Shown in pieces: positions 27,579 to 37,513 of a stretch of 57,562 bases of DNA. Position 1 is the stretch's first letter. Each line of letters opens with the position of its first letter. Where the stretch lies: positions 1 through 57,562 of the forward strand of contig JAZDJU010000100.1 of NCBI GenBank assembly GCA_043803685.1, given 5' to 3'. The notes beneath the pieces are model-generated. The model did not search any database. It was not told the origin of the DNA and saw only the letters and a program-made list of their open reading frames with translations. The position numbers were made by a program, and so were the translations under genes. The stretch comes from Candidatus Omnitrophota bacterium. Lineage in GTDB: Bacteria > Omnitrophota > Omnitrophia > Omnitrophales > Aquincolibacteriaceae.

Positions 27579-29019
27579 CCATGCTCCTTTTTTGCCGGCC
27601 ACGCCAAGATTCTCGACGATCGCCCACCACAAACCATTTCCATGCAACCCGTACAAACCGGAACAATTCATCCCAGGATTTCACGGACATCAACCTGCGC
27701 CCTATATATCCCGGGCGCAAATAAAATGACCTGTAGAACCATTTGATATATTCGTCCGCTTCACGGCGCGAGAACAATGTCCATGGAGTCGGGAAAGCAG
27801 TGACTGCGTCCTCGTTAAGGATATACTCCCGCCAATAATCCCGCCCGCCGCTTGCGATCATCCTATCGTTCAAGCCGGTGTTAGGCTTGGCGATTGCCCG
27901 ACACACCTGGACATAATCAAGTTTCAGCTCCTTGGCAAAATCGATCGTTGCTAAAATACTTTTCCGGTCGTCCCCCGGATTCCCGACCATAAAAAAACCC
28001 AGCGTGCCGATCCCCGCCGCTCTTGTCCATGCGACCGCATCCCTGACCTGCCCCGCATGGATCCCTTTACAAACATTCTTTAAGACATCCTCCTCGACAG
28101 ATTCAATGCCATAATAAATTTTCCGGCACCCTGCCGCATAAGCCTCCTTTAAAAGCTCTTTGTCGACCTGATCCACGCGGCTACGGCACGACCACTCCAC
28201 CTGGATACGCCGCCGTGTCATTTCACGGCAAAACTCCATCACAAAATCCTTTGACACAAAGAAAGACGCTGAAAAAAAATCGATCTCTCGCACGTTATAA
28301 TCGTTATAGCACTCCTCAACCTCATCCACCACGGACCGGGCGGACCGATGTCGAAAAGGGTTCCGGCTTATGGCGCAAAACGAACACCCGCAAGGACAGC
28401 CGGTGCTCGTTAACATGATCGTAAAATTCTTGCGCTGCGATGTAAACGAGCTGTAAATATGATTCGGCAACAAGTGCCGCGCGGGGAACGGATAATCATC
28501 AAAAGCGATCATGTGGAGCGCTACCGGATTAACCAGAACCTCACCCTCAGCACGATATGCCAGCCCCGGCACAGAGGCTAAAGGCGTGCCCTTTTCCAAC
28601 GCCGTCAACAATTGCGGTAACGACTCATTGGCCTCGCCGAGAACGCCATAATCAAAACAGGGATGCGCCAGTGATTCGCGCGGATACAACGCCATATTAA
28701 TACCACCCACAACAACCGGCACCTTCAGCCGCTCCTTGAAAAAAGAAGCCCATTCTACAACCCGATGGAACCAATAGGTGTCCACGCGGAACCCCAGCAA
28801 ATCCGGAGAAAAATCCTTCAGGATGCGCAAGGTCTGCTCTCGCGACAACTTTAACGCGTTGGCCTCAACAATAAGCACCTTATGCCCGGCCTTTTCCAGA
28901 ATTGCCGCAACATACGCCAATATAATGGGGGGCGCATGGCAGAACTCCCTATCGACCACAGCCAAATTCTCGGAAAAACTCCTGTGATCAAAAGGACAAT
29001 GTACCAGCGCTACTCGCAT
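27571..29019 (-). CDS. B12-binding radical SAM protein
   Basis: PPIILAYVAA, VVVGG, GEANE; CPCGCSFC; YGIES, FFMVGNPGD. Confidence 0.9.
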   Translation of the reverse strand: MRVALVHCPFDHRSFSENLAVVDREFCHAPPIILAYVAAILEKAGHKVLIVEANALKLSREQTLRILKDFSPDLLGFRVDTYWFHRVVEWASFFKERLKVPVVVGGINMALYPRESLAHPCFDYGVLGEANESLPQLLTALEKGTPLASVPGLAYRAEGEVLVNPVALHMIAFDDYPFPARHLLPNHIYSSFTSQRKNFTIMLTSTGCPCGCSFCAISRNPFRHRSARSVVDEVEECYNDYNVREIDFFSASFFVSKDFVMEFCREMTRRRIQVEWSCRSRVDQVDKELLKEAYAAGCRKIYYGIESVEEDVLKNVCKGIHAGQVRDAVAWTRAAGIGTLGFFMVGNPGDDRKSILATIDFAKELKLDYVQVCRAIAKPNTGLNDRMIASGGRDYWREYILNEDAVTAFPTPWTLFSRREADEYIKWFYRSFYLRPGYIGRRLMSVKSWDELFRFVRVAWKWFVVGDRRESWRGRQKRSMDA

Positions 29020-29034
29020 ATCAAACGCCCCATT

Positions 29035-30723
29035 TTAAGACTCAGCCCGTTTTATTTTATAGAGAACAACTTCATCGTGAAAAAAGCGCCCTATCGGCTC
29101 TAACCCGGCATACGGACACCCTCCCACAGACCCTTGGACCCTGCCAGCCTCATATTGACCTCTGTCCGACACAAGATATCCCTGGATTACCGGCGCCCAG
29201 TCCCGTGGATCCACATGGTCCTCAAACCCCACATTAAGAACTTTTCCGTCTTTCCAGCGTGTCTGGAGCAAGAAAACAACCGTATGATGTAAGACATGTT
29301 CTTTTAAATCCACCATGAGCGTCGCTTTTGTCCTGGGCATCGTGCCCAAAAACGGGCTCACCCCCGTCATAATAGACTCCAGCTTCTGTTTATCAGCTGT
29401 TCCAAAACAGTCCCATGAAAAAAGTTTTGGAATTCTTCGCGCGTGCATCGCCTCAAAATTGTTACTGAACAAGATCTTCCCCAACACCCCTTGGGGAACA
29501 AAGATATGCCCCAGATGAAGCGCGGACAAAACGATAAGTAGCGCCACGACCCACCGCCGCCATCCCTGATGCCGAATGAAAAAAATCCCCATCACGGTAA
29601 CCATCGCGAACCAAAGGTATAACGGCATGATAAAAAGATAGTGCTTCTTAATACACACGACAAAGAAAGCCGCCGGCAGCGACAGCATGACAACGAAAAT
29701 GAGAAAACTTCGATGCCGCCTTAACTGCCATAAGCCGATCGCAAATAATGCCGTAAATCCATATCCCAACAACATATCCGGCAAAGAAACGAAATAATAC
29801 AAAAGATGCGCCTGCAACTTCTCAAAATCCCACAACACTAGCTGATAGCTTTCCAAAACCCCGATATGATCACCGGCAATATCAAAAAAATCCACTAGCC
29901 CGTCTGACCAGTCCAAGGCGCGGATCCACTGATAATAAAAAGGCCAGATGCAAGCCAAGACCACCACCAACATGCCCGCCATATGTAGCCAGGATTTCTT
30001 GTGCCGGAAATTTTCTGGAATAAACAAAACCATCGATAAAAAGAATCCTCCCGACCAACGATCGCTATAAAAAGCCAGGATCAAAAAAAGCCCGACCCCG
30101 ACCGTCGGCCAAAAACGTGTAAAAAACTCAGAACGCAAGTACCAGTAAAAACCCCATATGACGCTGGCCCAGACAGCCAGCAACGCCTCGCAAGAGACCA
30201 ACTGCATCCATGCTAGCGGATAACATGAGAAAACGCTTGCGGCCAACAGGCTGTAATAACGATCGCCGATCAAAAACTTTGTGGCGCAATAAATGCCGGA
30301 CATGATCACGATCAAATAAAAGAAATTGACGAGAAGGATCCCTTGGTGAGGGGCCAGGAACATGGCAAAAAGATAAATTTTAGGAATAAGCGCCGGCCGG
30401 TAGTCGCCAAGGCCGTGCCCGAGATTGCGGAAAACCAAACTAGAAAAACCTTTCCCCTCATAAACGATATCCCTATACGCTGCGGAAAGCGCGGTAAGGT
30501 TTGCATGAGAGTTATTGAAGCGCAGAAAAAAATTCTGCCCTACCCACAGCTTGGCCAAGATCCAATGCGTAAGGCCTATGACACCCAAAAGGATCGGCGG
30601 CAACCAACGCTGAAAATATTGTTTCCACGCACCCTCGTTCGACCGTGCGACACAACATTTTAATTTGGATTTATTATCTGCTGAAAACATGCTCCATCCC
30701 TCAGAAACGCCTGCCGACGTCAT
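29035..30723 (-). CDS. Divergent GT-C-fold membrane protein
   Basis: Multi-TM topology like the adjacent ArnT-type proteins (YRPALIP; YLFIMPL), but catalytic motifs are degenerate. Confidence 0.55.
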   Translation of the reverse strand: MTSAGVSEGWSMFSADNKSKLKCCVARSNEGAWKQYFQRWLPPILLGVIGLTHWILAKLWVGQNFFLRFNNSHANLTALSAAYRDIVYEGKGFSSLVFRNLGHGLGDYRPALIPKIYLFAMFLAPHQGILLVNFFYLIVIMSGIYCATKFLIGDRYYSLLAASVFSCYPLAWMQLVSCEALLAVWASVIWGFYWYLRSEFFTRFWPTVGVGLFLILAFYSDRWSGGFFLSMVLFIPENFRHKKSWLHMAGMLVVVLACIWPFYYQWIRALDWSDGLVDFFDIAGDHIGVLESYQLVLWDFEKLQAHLLYYFVSLPDMLLGYGFTALFAIGLWQLRRHRSFLIFVVMLSLPAAFFVVCIKKHYLFIMPLYLWFAMVTVMGIFFIRHQGWRRWVVALLIVLSALHLGHIFVPQGVLGKILFSNNFEAMHARRIPKLFSWDCFGTADKQKLESIMTGVSPFLGTMPRTKATLMVDLKEHVLHHTVVFLLQTRWKDGKVLNVGFEDHVDPRDWAPVIQGYLVSDRGQYEAGRVQGSVGGCPYAGLEPIGRFFHDEVVLYKIKRAES

Positions 30724-31874
30724 GTGGCATAAAAAGCTTCCAATTTTTGGGCGGAAATATCCCAGTCAAAAATACCCGCCCTGGAGCGGGCCTTGGCCGA
30801 CAAGGCCTTGCGCAAGTCAGCGTCCGCGACAAGCTGAAGCACCCCCCGGGCCAGAGCCTCAGCATCCCCGGGCGGGACACAAATACCGGCGTCCCCTAGC
30901 ATATACGGCACCTCGCCGACCGCGCTTGCCACCACAGGTTTTCCTGAGGCCAGATACTCGACGATCTTGAGCGGGCTCTTGCACCGGGTCACTTCATTAT
31001 CTTCGAACGGGGCCACGCAAATATCGGCGGCGGCAATATAGGCCGCGATCTCCTCATGCGGCACAAATCCGGTAAACATAACGTGCTCGCTGACGCCTAG
31101 CTTTTCCGCGGCCTTCTTGAGGCGGTTCAGGTCCGTACCGTCTCCCACGATCATGAACCGCATCGGCGCCAGGCCCGGTGAAGGGCAAATGATCTTGATC
31201 ACCTCCAGAAATAGATCGCCGTACTGGCAGGAATGAAGCTGGCCGTGATAGAACACCAGCAACTCCTCTTTGAGGCCGAATTTTTTTCTTACCGCGAGAC
31301 GATCCGTCGCGGGATGGAACTGCCGCATATCCGCCCCCACGGGGATCCACACCACCCGTGATCTCTTCCCGCCCCGGCGCAGTGCCAGATCTTCCAAAGA
31401 CCTGCTCGCCACGGAAATGCTGTCGGCCATGACCGGAAGGAAGCGTTCGAGCAGATAGAAAGAAATGCTGGTCAGCCAGGTGGAAAGCCCTTTTTTCTCA
31501 ATGGCCCGGTCAAAGATCCTTTCCTCCCAATCATCCCAGTCATAATGCAGCCGCTTCCCTGCCATATACGCTGCCAGAACCGATGGCAACGCCGCGTAGA
31601 ACTGGCATTTTTGAAAGTGAACCATGTCCACTTCCCGTGCCAGGGTATACAATGCTCGCGTGTTATCCGCGAAGGCTCGAAGCGACATAACGCGTTTCAG
31701 CTCCACAATGCGTATCCCCGGCAAGGATATCCCGGACCCCGCCTCGTACGGAAAGTGTGCTAAAACCACCTGATGCCCTCTAGCCGCCAAAGCCGCAGCC
31801 AAGCGGACAATGCGAACTGTCCAGGGCTCCAGAGAGGAGCCGATGTCATGCGGGTGCACCATCAGGACCTTCAT
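30720..31874 (-). CDS. Glycosyltransferase family 4
   Basis: IVGDG, FTGFVPHEE, SPLKIVEYLASGKPVVAS, VPPGD. Confidence 0.9.
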   Translation of the reverse strand: MKVLMVHPHDIGSSLEPWTVRIVRLAAALAARGHQVVLAHFPYEAGSGISLPGIRIVELKRVMSLRAFADNTRALYTLAREVDMVHFQKCQFYAALPSVLAAYMAGKRLHYDWDDWEERIFDRAIEKKGLSTWLTSISFYLLERFLPVMADSISVASRSLEDLALRRGGKRSRVVWIPVGADMRQFHPATDRLAVRKKFGLKEELLVFYHGQLHSCQYGDLFLEVIKIICPSPGLAPMRFMIVGDGTDLNRLKKAAEKLGVSEHVMFTGFVPHEEIAAYIAAADICVAPFEDNEVTRCKSPLKIVEYLASGKPVVASAVGEVPYMLGDAGICVPPGDAEALARGVLQLVADADLRKALSAKARSRAGIFDWDISAQKLEAFYAT

Positions 31875-32023
31875 GAGTCACACCCCTTGAAGATCTCTGT
31901 GCGTCTTAACGTCTTCACACATTGCAAATAGAGCGCCAGAAAAAGGTGATAGCCCAACAGCAACAAAAGCGCGGGGATCCAAGCGATCCTGCGAAACGAT
32001 CTTAAAAAGGCATCCTGTGTCAC
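31871..32023 (-). CDS. Small single-pass membrane protein (50 aa), absent from the ORF track
   Basis: MTQDAFLRSFRRIAWIPALLLLLGYHLFLALYLQCVKTLRRTEIFKGCDS; GTGA overlap with the upstream stop and ATGA overlap with the downstream start. Confidence 0.65.
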   Translation of the reverse strand: MTQDAFLRSFRRIAWIPALLLLLGYHLFLALYLQCVKTLRRTEIFKGCDS

Positions 32024-34392
32024 GACCTGTTCTCCCTTTCAATCATCTTCTGTGCCACGATCGTCTTAAAGATGTTCTCCGCCAAAAAAACATACCCCCG
32101 GTCATTTGGATGCCAATTGTCTTCCGAGAGATAATCCTTTAAAGGAGTCAACCGGCTGAAGGCGGCCCCGTTATCCACCACAGGAACACCATAGGTCTTG
32201 CCGAGATCGCGAATGATCTGATCGCGGTCTCTTTCTCGAACGGGATAAGTGCACAGCAGAATCTCGATATGATTCGCACGCAGGATCCGAATCATCTCTC
32301 CGACATCATGCTTGAGCAGTTTGTCAAAAACATCCCGTCCTATCAAGCCATCGCGCTGCTCGATCTTTTTCCACCCATCCGGCGGGAAGTTATCCATCAA
32401 GCGTTCCGGATAGACCCCCAAAGAAAATACGATGTTCTTTAATAATTTCCAGATCCTGAAGCCGTCCAGAAAGATCATGGCTTTGAAACAGAATTTATGA
32501 AAACCGCTCTTGCCGAACAGGAAGATATTGCTTGTCTCCATATTCCAGTAATTATTGGCCCCCACCATGAGAATGACCAGATCGGGTCTGTATTTCCGAA
32601 GATACTTTGGCAGCTCAAACAAAATCATGGAGGTGTTTTGCCCTATGGCATTTTCGAAGGAACACGCGGCATTGATGCCGGGGAAATCCCTGTTTAAGAG
32701 CTTCTCAAGTTGGGCGGGATAGCCGTTTTTCAAAGGATTCGTTGCCCCAACCCCCCAGGTTGAGGACTCCCCGACACAGAAAACACGAAAACCGGCCTGA
32801 GAATCTTGTGGCGGACGATAATAAAGATCGTACCCGAAGCCTGCCACACGTAGCGCCAGCTCCAGAAGAACCAATGCCAGAATAACTCCCAGAAAAACAG
32901 AAAAAATTTTATGCCAGAAAAATTTCTTGGCGGAAAGGCTCTTCATCTCAACGGGCGTTTCGACTGGCTCGATGTTCCTTTTAATCCCCGCAGCCTGCAC
33001 AGCGCGCTCGATATCTTCCTTGCGCCGCTTCCGAATTTCCAGATTATTAGAGCCGTCGACGGTCGCCCAATCGTCAGACATCTCCGCTCCCGTCTTGCAG
33101 GCTATACCGAAGCGCTCAAACGAAGATTCAATGGGAGAATCCGCCATAAGACGGCAGCAATTGATGTTGGCCACAGAATCCAAAGCGGGAGCCAGGATCG
33201 CCAACCTCTCAAGCGTTAAGCGGTGATCTTCTTCGCTTTCGCCGGGAAACCCTGCGATCAGATTGATGTGCGTCCTGATCCCGGCAGCCTTGGTCCGCCG
33301 CAAGACAAGCAAAACATCCTCGAATCTGAAGGGTTTGCCCATTTTCTCCAGAACAGGGTCTGATAAGCTTTCGACGCCGTAAACAATATCCCGAAGGCCC
33401 GCCTCCCGCATCCGCTGAAGCAACCGATCGCTCATATCCGTCCGGATAACCCCTTGCCCCCCCCAATTTACATCGATCCCCGACGCAATAAGAAGGCCGG
33501 CCAGCTCATCCAGAACCTTAAGATCGCCATTGAACATAAGGTCATTGCAGCGCAAGGACCTCTTTGCAAAACGGCGGTTCATCATCTTCATTTCCAGAAA
33601 AATATTCTTTGCCGAACGGTAACGGTACTTACCGCTCCAGATCAACCAGTCATTGCAAAAAGAGCAATGATTCACACACCCGCGGCTAAAAAGGATCGGC
33701 AGCTCGGCGCGCACAGCGTATTGGTTCAAGGAGAATTTCTCCCATGCGGGAAAGGGGAAATCATCCAAACATTCCAAGAATGCAAGTTTACGGTCAAACT
33801 TCTTGGCGTCCGTGGTCATAACGCTGGGATTATCCACCATGCGCCCGGCCTCACGAGCTTGAACAATATCCAGCATGGCCCGCTCGCCTTCGCCCAGAAC
33901 AATATAATCCACCGTCGCGTTATCTACCAAAAGCTCTCCGGTCGTGGGCGACGACAAGAACCGGAAAGGAAGCTCAGACTTGTAATGCTTCACATGCGCT
34001 GTGGGGCCGCCATAAACAATACAAACAGATGGCTTTACGGTCTTGATCTTACGGCTTAAAGCGATCGCAAAAAGAAGGTTGCCTCCGGTCAATGAAAAAC
34101 CAACCGTCCGGTATCCTTGCTTGATCACATGATCGGCCCAGCACTGGATCTGATCGCTAAATACCGCTTCGATCTCGCGGAAAAACCGCTCATCCTCCCA
34201 TCGAGGGGAATTTTCCTCATCCCACAGACGCCGATTTTCCAACTTACTACGCGTATAAAACAAAACATTGAGATCGAGCACATCGCACGCGATCCCGTGC
34301 GCTTCCAGATACGCCGCAATATAAGCCACCCCCATGGGCGGCAAACTGACCGAAGCGAAAGGGCAATGGATCAACAGCACGTTTTTGGACAT
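32020..34392 (-). CDS. B12-binding radical SAM protein fused through a TM helix to an SGNH/GDSL domain
   Basis: PPMGVAYIAA, GEGE, CVNHCSFC, YGVES, GFPGE; then LLELALR, CVGESSTWG, MVGANN, DNWHPNDRGY. Confidence 0.85.
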   Translation of the reverse strand: MSKNVLLIHCPFASVSLPPMGVAYIAAYLEAHGIACDVLDLNVLFYTRSKLENRRLWDEENSPRWEDERFFREIEAVFSDQIQCWADHVIKQGYRTVGFSLTGGNLLFAIALSRKIKTVKPSVCIVYGGPTAHVKHYKSELPFRFLSSPTTGELLVDNATVDYIVLGEGERAMLDIVQAREAGRMVDNPSVMTTDAKKFDRKLAFLECLDDFPFPAWEKFSLNQYAVRAELPILFSRGCVNHCSFCNDWLIWSGKYRYRSAKNIFLEMKMMNRRFAKRSLRCNDLMFNGDLKVLDELAGLLIASGIDVNWGGQGVIRTDMSDRLLQRMREAGLRDIVYGVESLSDPVLEKMGKPFRFEDVLLVLRRTKAAGIRTHINLIAGFPGESEEDHRLTLERLAILAPALDSVANINCCRLMADSPIESSFERFGIACKTGAEMSDDWATVDGSNNLEIRKRRKEDIERAVQAAGIKRNIEPVETPVEMKSLSAKKFFWHKIFSVFLGVILALVLLELALRVAGFGYDLYYRPPQDSQAGFRVFCVGESSTWGVGATNPLKNGYPAQLEKLLNRDFPGINAACSFENAIGQNTSMILFELPKYLRKYRPDLVILMVGANNYWNMETSNIFLFGKSGFHKFCFKAMIFLDGFRIWKLLKNIVFSLGVYPERLMDNFPPDGWKKIEQRDGLIGRDVFDKLLKHDVGEMIRILRANHIEILLCTYPVRERDRDQIIRDLGKTYGVPVVDNGAAFSRLTPLKDYLSEDNWHPNDRGYVFLAENIFKTIVAQKMIERENRS

Positions 34393-36212
34393 GCTTGATC
34401 CTTTCGCGAATGATAAACAGAATTTTTCATAAAACGTTCAAAGAGGCCGTGCTCCATCATTTCACTGATGTACTGGTTATTCAGATCATGATTATCACAA
34501 TATTCACAGCGCTCGGAATAAAGTAAGTCGCCCCGCGGTTCGTCTTTATGATAATCGGTCTTTTGAAACGCCATATCCCTGTTCTGGGAAAGATGTTTCG
34601 CGCCCACGCGAGCCTGACCATAGCGGGAAGACATCCAAATGTCGTAAAAGGACCGTTCTCTCAGATTGTCGACCACTTTTAATCCGCAGCACAAACCGAC
34701 ATCTCCGTTGGCCTTGATGATCGAGAAAAAGAAACCGATCGGACAACCGTGCTGCAAATAATAACCCCGGCTCCAATCGCCGCTTGGCACCGACATGTTC
34801 GAAAGCTGGAAATGAAGGGCCGAACTCAGCGCCACCTTGCCTTCCACGGCCACGGCTTTGACCTCGGGCAGTTTTTCGTTCAAAAAATCGACCTGGCCTT
34901 GGTTCAGCTGTAAAAAACGGTTGTCTTTATCCAAATGAATGAGCTGAAAACGCATCTCATCCACCCCGAGTTCCACCGCCATCTTCGCCATCTCCAAAAT
35001 CTCATGATAATTTTCGGAATGTAAAACGAACGCGAGGATGCAATAAGGCTGAAAACGCCCCTTGCGCTCCGGATATTGCCCGTGCTTTTTTCCAAGAAGC
35101 GCAGAAAATACATCGTAACTTTGCTTTAACGCTTTTTTAAGCCGGCACAGATAAGCGATGTTTTGCCGGATCCTTAAAAAATCTTCGCCCCTTTTTGAGG
35201 GACAAACCTTCCGGTACGTTGCCGCGCTCGCCGCGGGAACGCTGAACCATATCTCATTCAGCCCCGCAGAGACAAGCTCCCGGCTCATGTGAGGCGTAAC
35301 CGCTAATCCGTTGGAAAACGTCATCACGTTGATATTGGAATTGGCTTTCTTGATGCGCCAGAGTATTTTCAGAAAATCCGGGTTAAGCACGGGCTCACCG
35401 TCGCCTAAAAGCGTGATCGCGTCGACGGCAAGAGCCGCGCAATCATCCACCACGCTTTTCATCCGGGAATAATCCATTTTCTGGGATAAAAATTCATCCG
35501 TCAAAAGCTTCCTCGCCCGGGGGCTGTGCATCCAGCAGTGCACGCAGTCGGCGTTGCACTTATGGTAAATATCCATAACCACCACTTCCGGCCCCACCAC
35601 GACCTCCTCCGCGAACAACCCCACAAATCTTCCTGCGCGCGCAGGCGAAAACCGCTTGGCATCTTCCAGGACCATAACCTTTCGATTGAAAGACGACCAA
35701 CTATCCGGCCTTTCCGTAATTTTCCGGTCAATGCCATTCAAGATCCTGTTGATCAGAACCTCCTCGCCTTTTTCGATCTCGATCTGAACATTGTAAGAAG
35801 CCAGATATTCGTTTAAATTATCAATAAACCTCAAATACGCTGCCCAGAAACGTTTGTCCTTGTCATAAAATCGATGTTTATCAATGAACTCAACCCCTTT
35901 TAAAGATAAACAATGACGGATCATTTCGGGGATATAAAAATAATTGAGCCGATTGATCCGGACACTCACCGCCGTCCTGCACCCCAACCATCGAGCGAGC
36001 CCGATGGCCCAAACCGTCAGATCAAAGCCGAATTCATCATGCCGGACAGAAAGACGGTAAAGATAATCGTTGTGGGCGTAATAATGAATGCGAAAGATCC
36101 TTCCGCGCAAAGCGCTTCCCAAAAGGGCCAACGCAAGCCCACTAAAGCGAAAAACAAAAACCGCCTTGCGCCTGAGCCTCCCCGAAAAATACATCAAAAC
36201 GCCCCGCCACAT
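34371..36212 (-). CDS. Radical SAM/SPASM(Twitch) protein
   Basis: CNADCVHC, GDGEP, FSNG, CPIGFF...GDVGLCC...CEYCD; paralog of 47401-49203. Confidence 0.88.
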   Translation of the reverse strand: MWRGVLMYFSGRLRRKAVFVFRFSGLALALLGSALRGRIFRIHYYAHNDYLYRLSVRHDEFGFDLTVWAIGLARWLGCRTAVSVRINRLNYFYIPEMIRHCLSLKGVEFIDKHRFYDKDKRFWAAYLRFIDNLNEYLASYNVQIEIEKGEEVLINRILNGIDRKITERPDSWSSFNRKVMVLEDAKRFSPARAGRFVGLFAEEVVVGPEVVVMDIYHKCNADCVHCWMHSPRARKLLTDEFLSQKMDYSRMKSVVDDCAALAVDAITLLGDGEPVLNPDFLKILWRIKKANSNINVMTFSNGLAVTPHMSRELVSAGLNEIWFSVPAASAATYRKVCPSKRGEDFLRIRQNIAYLCRLKKALKQSYDVFSALLGKKHGQYPERKGRFQPYCILAFVLHSENYHEILEMAKMAVELGVDEMRFQLIHLDKDNRFLQLNQGQVDFLNEKLPEVKAVAVEGKVALSSALHFQLSNMSVPSGDWSRGYYLQHGCPIGFFFSIIKANGDVGLCCGLKVVDNLRERSFYDIWMSSRYGQARVGAKHLSQNRDMAFQKTDYHKDEPRGDLLYSERCEYCDNHDLNNQYISEMMEHGLFERFMKNSVYHSRKDQACPKTCC

Positions 36213-36226
36213 GTCCTGATCTCCCG

Positions 36227-37513
36227 TTATATTCCGGCTGCCTCGATCTTTTGGTAAACATTTTCTGCCATGAGCCCATAACCGGCGTCGTTGCAGTGAT
36301 TGTCCGGTATAAATAATTTTTCCCGCGGCACTCCTTCGCGCATCTTCTTCTCAAAAATTGCGAAGTGGTCTACAAACAACAAGGAGTCCCGTTCTGCGAT
36401 CCTCCTAAGAAGATCGTTTTCCGGGATCCCTACCGGGTAATTCTGCAAAACCACCACTGCGCCGCTCGCCTGGATCTTCCGGACGATCTCTCGGACATCC
36501 GAGGCGACCCATTGTTCCAGCTGGAGGGGGGCCAATAAAAACAGGTTTTCCGCCAGACCAGGGTTCTTCAGGTTGAATTCCTTGATAAAGGTATCTATCT
36601 TTTTATTAATAACATCATTGTCACGCCCCTTATCTTCCAGGCGCATCTCTCGTATTTCTTTATAGCCTTCATTGATCTCGTCGGCAGACCTGAACCTGGC
36701 GTTCGCCTCCACGCCCTTTATAAACCAGCTCAAGGCCTCTTCATAATTTTTTTGGAAACGATAAAGGTTCCCCACATAAACATAATTCAAAGGATGCGCA
36801 GGGTCCTTTTTCATAACGCCCATAAAGACACCCATGGCCTCGCGACTCGCTGGAGCATCCACGACAAAATCCTTATTCCCGCATAAGACCGCCGTATTTC
36901 TAATGAACTTCTTCGCCTTCCGGTATTCAGGACTTCCACGATAACTGATATCCACCGAGGCCTGCAACGCGGACGCGGTGTTTTTATTGCCGCGGCCATG
37001 GTTCCACCCTAATAAGAATAGGCGGTAAACGCTGCTCGAATACATCATCTCGCTGGCAAGATACCTGATCCTTCCCGCCCAGGAAACCGCCCGTCCTTCT
37101 CTTTTTAAGTAGTCCGTATACCCTAAGCGATTCCAATAATTAGCCTGCCCCGTCTGCAAAAGAACCATGTCCGGCTTAAATCGCTGCAAGTTGGCGTCAA
37201 GCTCCGCGAGCAGTTCGGTCGTATTCTGAATAGAACGACCGAGGTTGAGGACCACAACTCTCTTTTCCGGCCTTCTGATGAATAGCATGCGCTGCAATTG
37301 CTCCGGATAACTCATGCCAGCCGCTGAACCAATGCCTTTGGTATACGAGTTCCCGAGGCACAAAATAACAAACGAGTCCCTTGCCGCGTCGGGGACATCA
37401 GTCCGGGAAGATTTCGCCTGCAGGCGATAAACAACGCCCAACCCTCTTAAACCAGCTTCAAGACAAAGCAATCCCAAAACAGCGCCTATCAAAAAAACTC
37501 CGAGTCGTTTCAT
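36227..37513 (-). CDS. Membrane-anchored SGNH protein with TPR insert, paralog A
   Basis: N-terminal TM LEAGLR; GNSYT, GQAN, TPR-like YEEALSWF, DNHCNDAGY. Confidence 0.8.
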   Translation of the reverse strand: MKRLGVFLIGAVLGLLCLEAGLRGLGVVYRLQAKSSRTDVPDAARDSFVILCLGNSYTKGIGSAAGMSYPEQLQRMLFIRRPEKRVVVLNLGRSIQNTTELLAELDANLQRFKPDMVLLQTGQANYWNRLGYTDYLKREGRAVSWAGRIRYLASEMMYSSSVYRLFLLGWNHGRGNKNTASALQASVDISYRGSPEYRKAKKFIRNTAVLCGNKDFVVDAPASREAMGVFMGVMKKDPAHPLNYVYVGNLYRFQKNYEEALSWFIKGVEANARFRSADEINEGYKEIREMRLEDKGRDNDVINKKIDTFIKEFNLKNPGLAENLFLLAPLQLEQWVASDVREIVRKIQASGAVVVLQNYPVGIPENDLLRRIAERDSLLFVDHFAIFEKKMREGVPREKLFIPDNHCNDAGYGLMAENVYQKIEAAGI

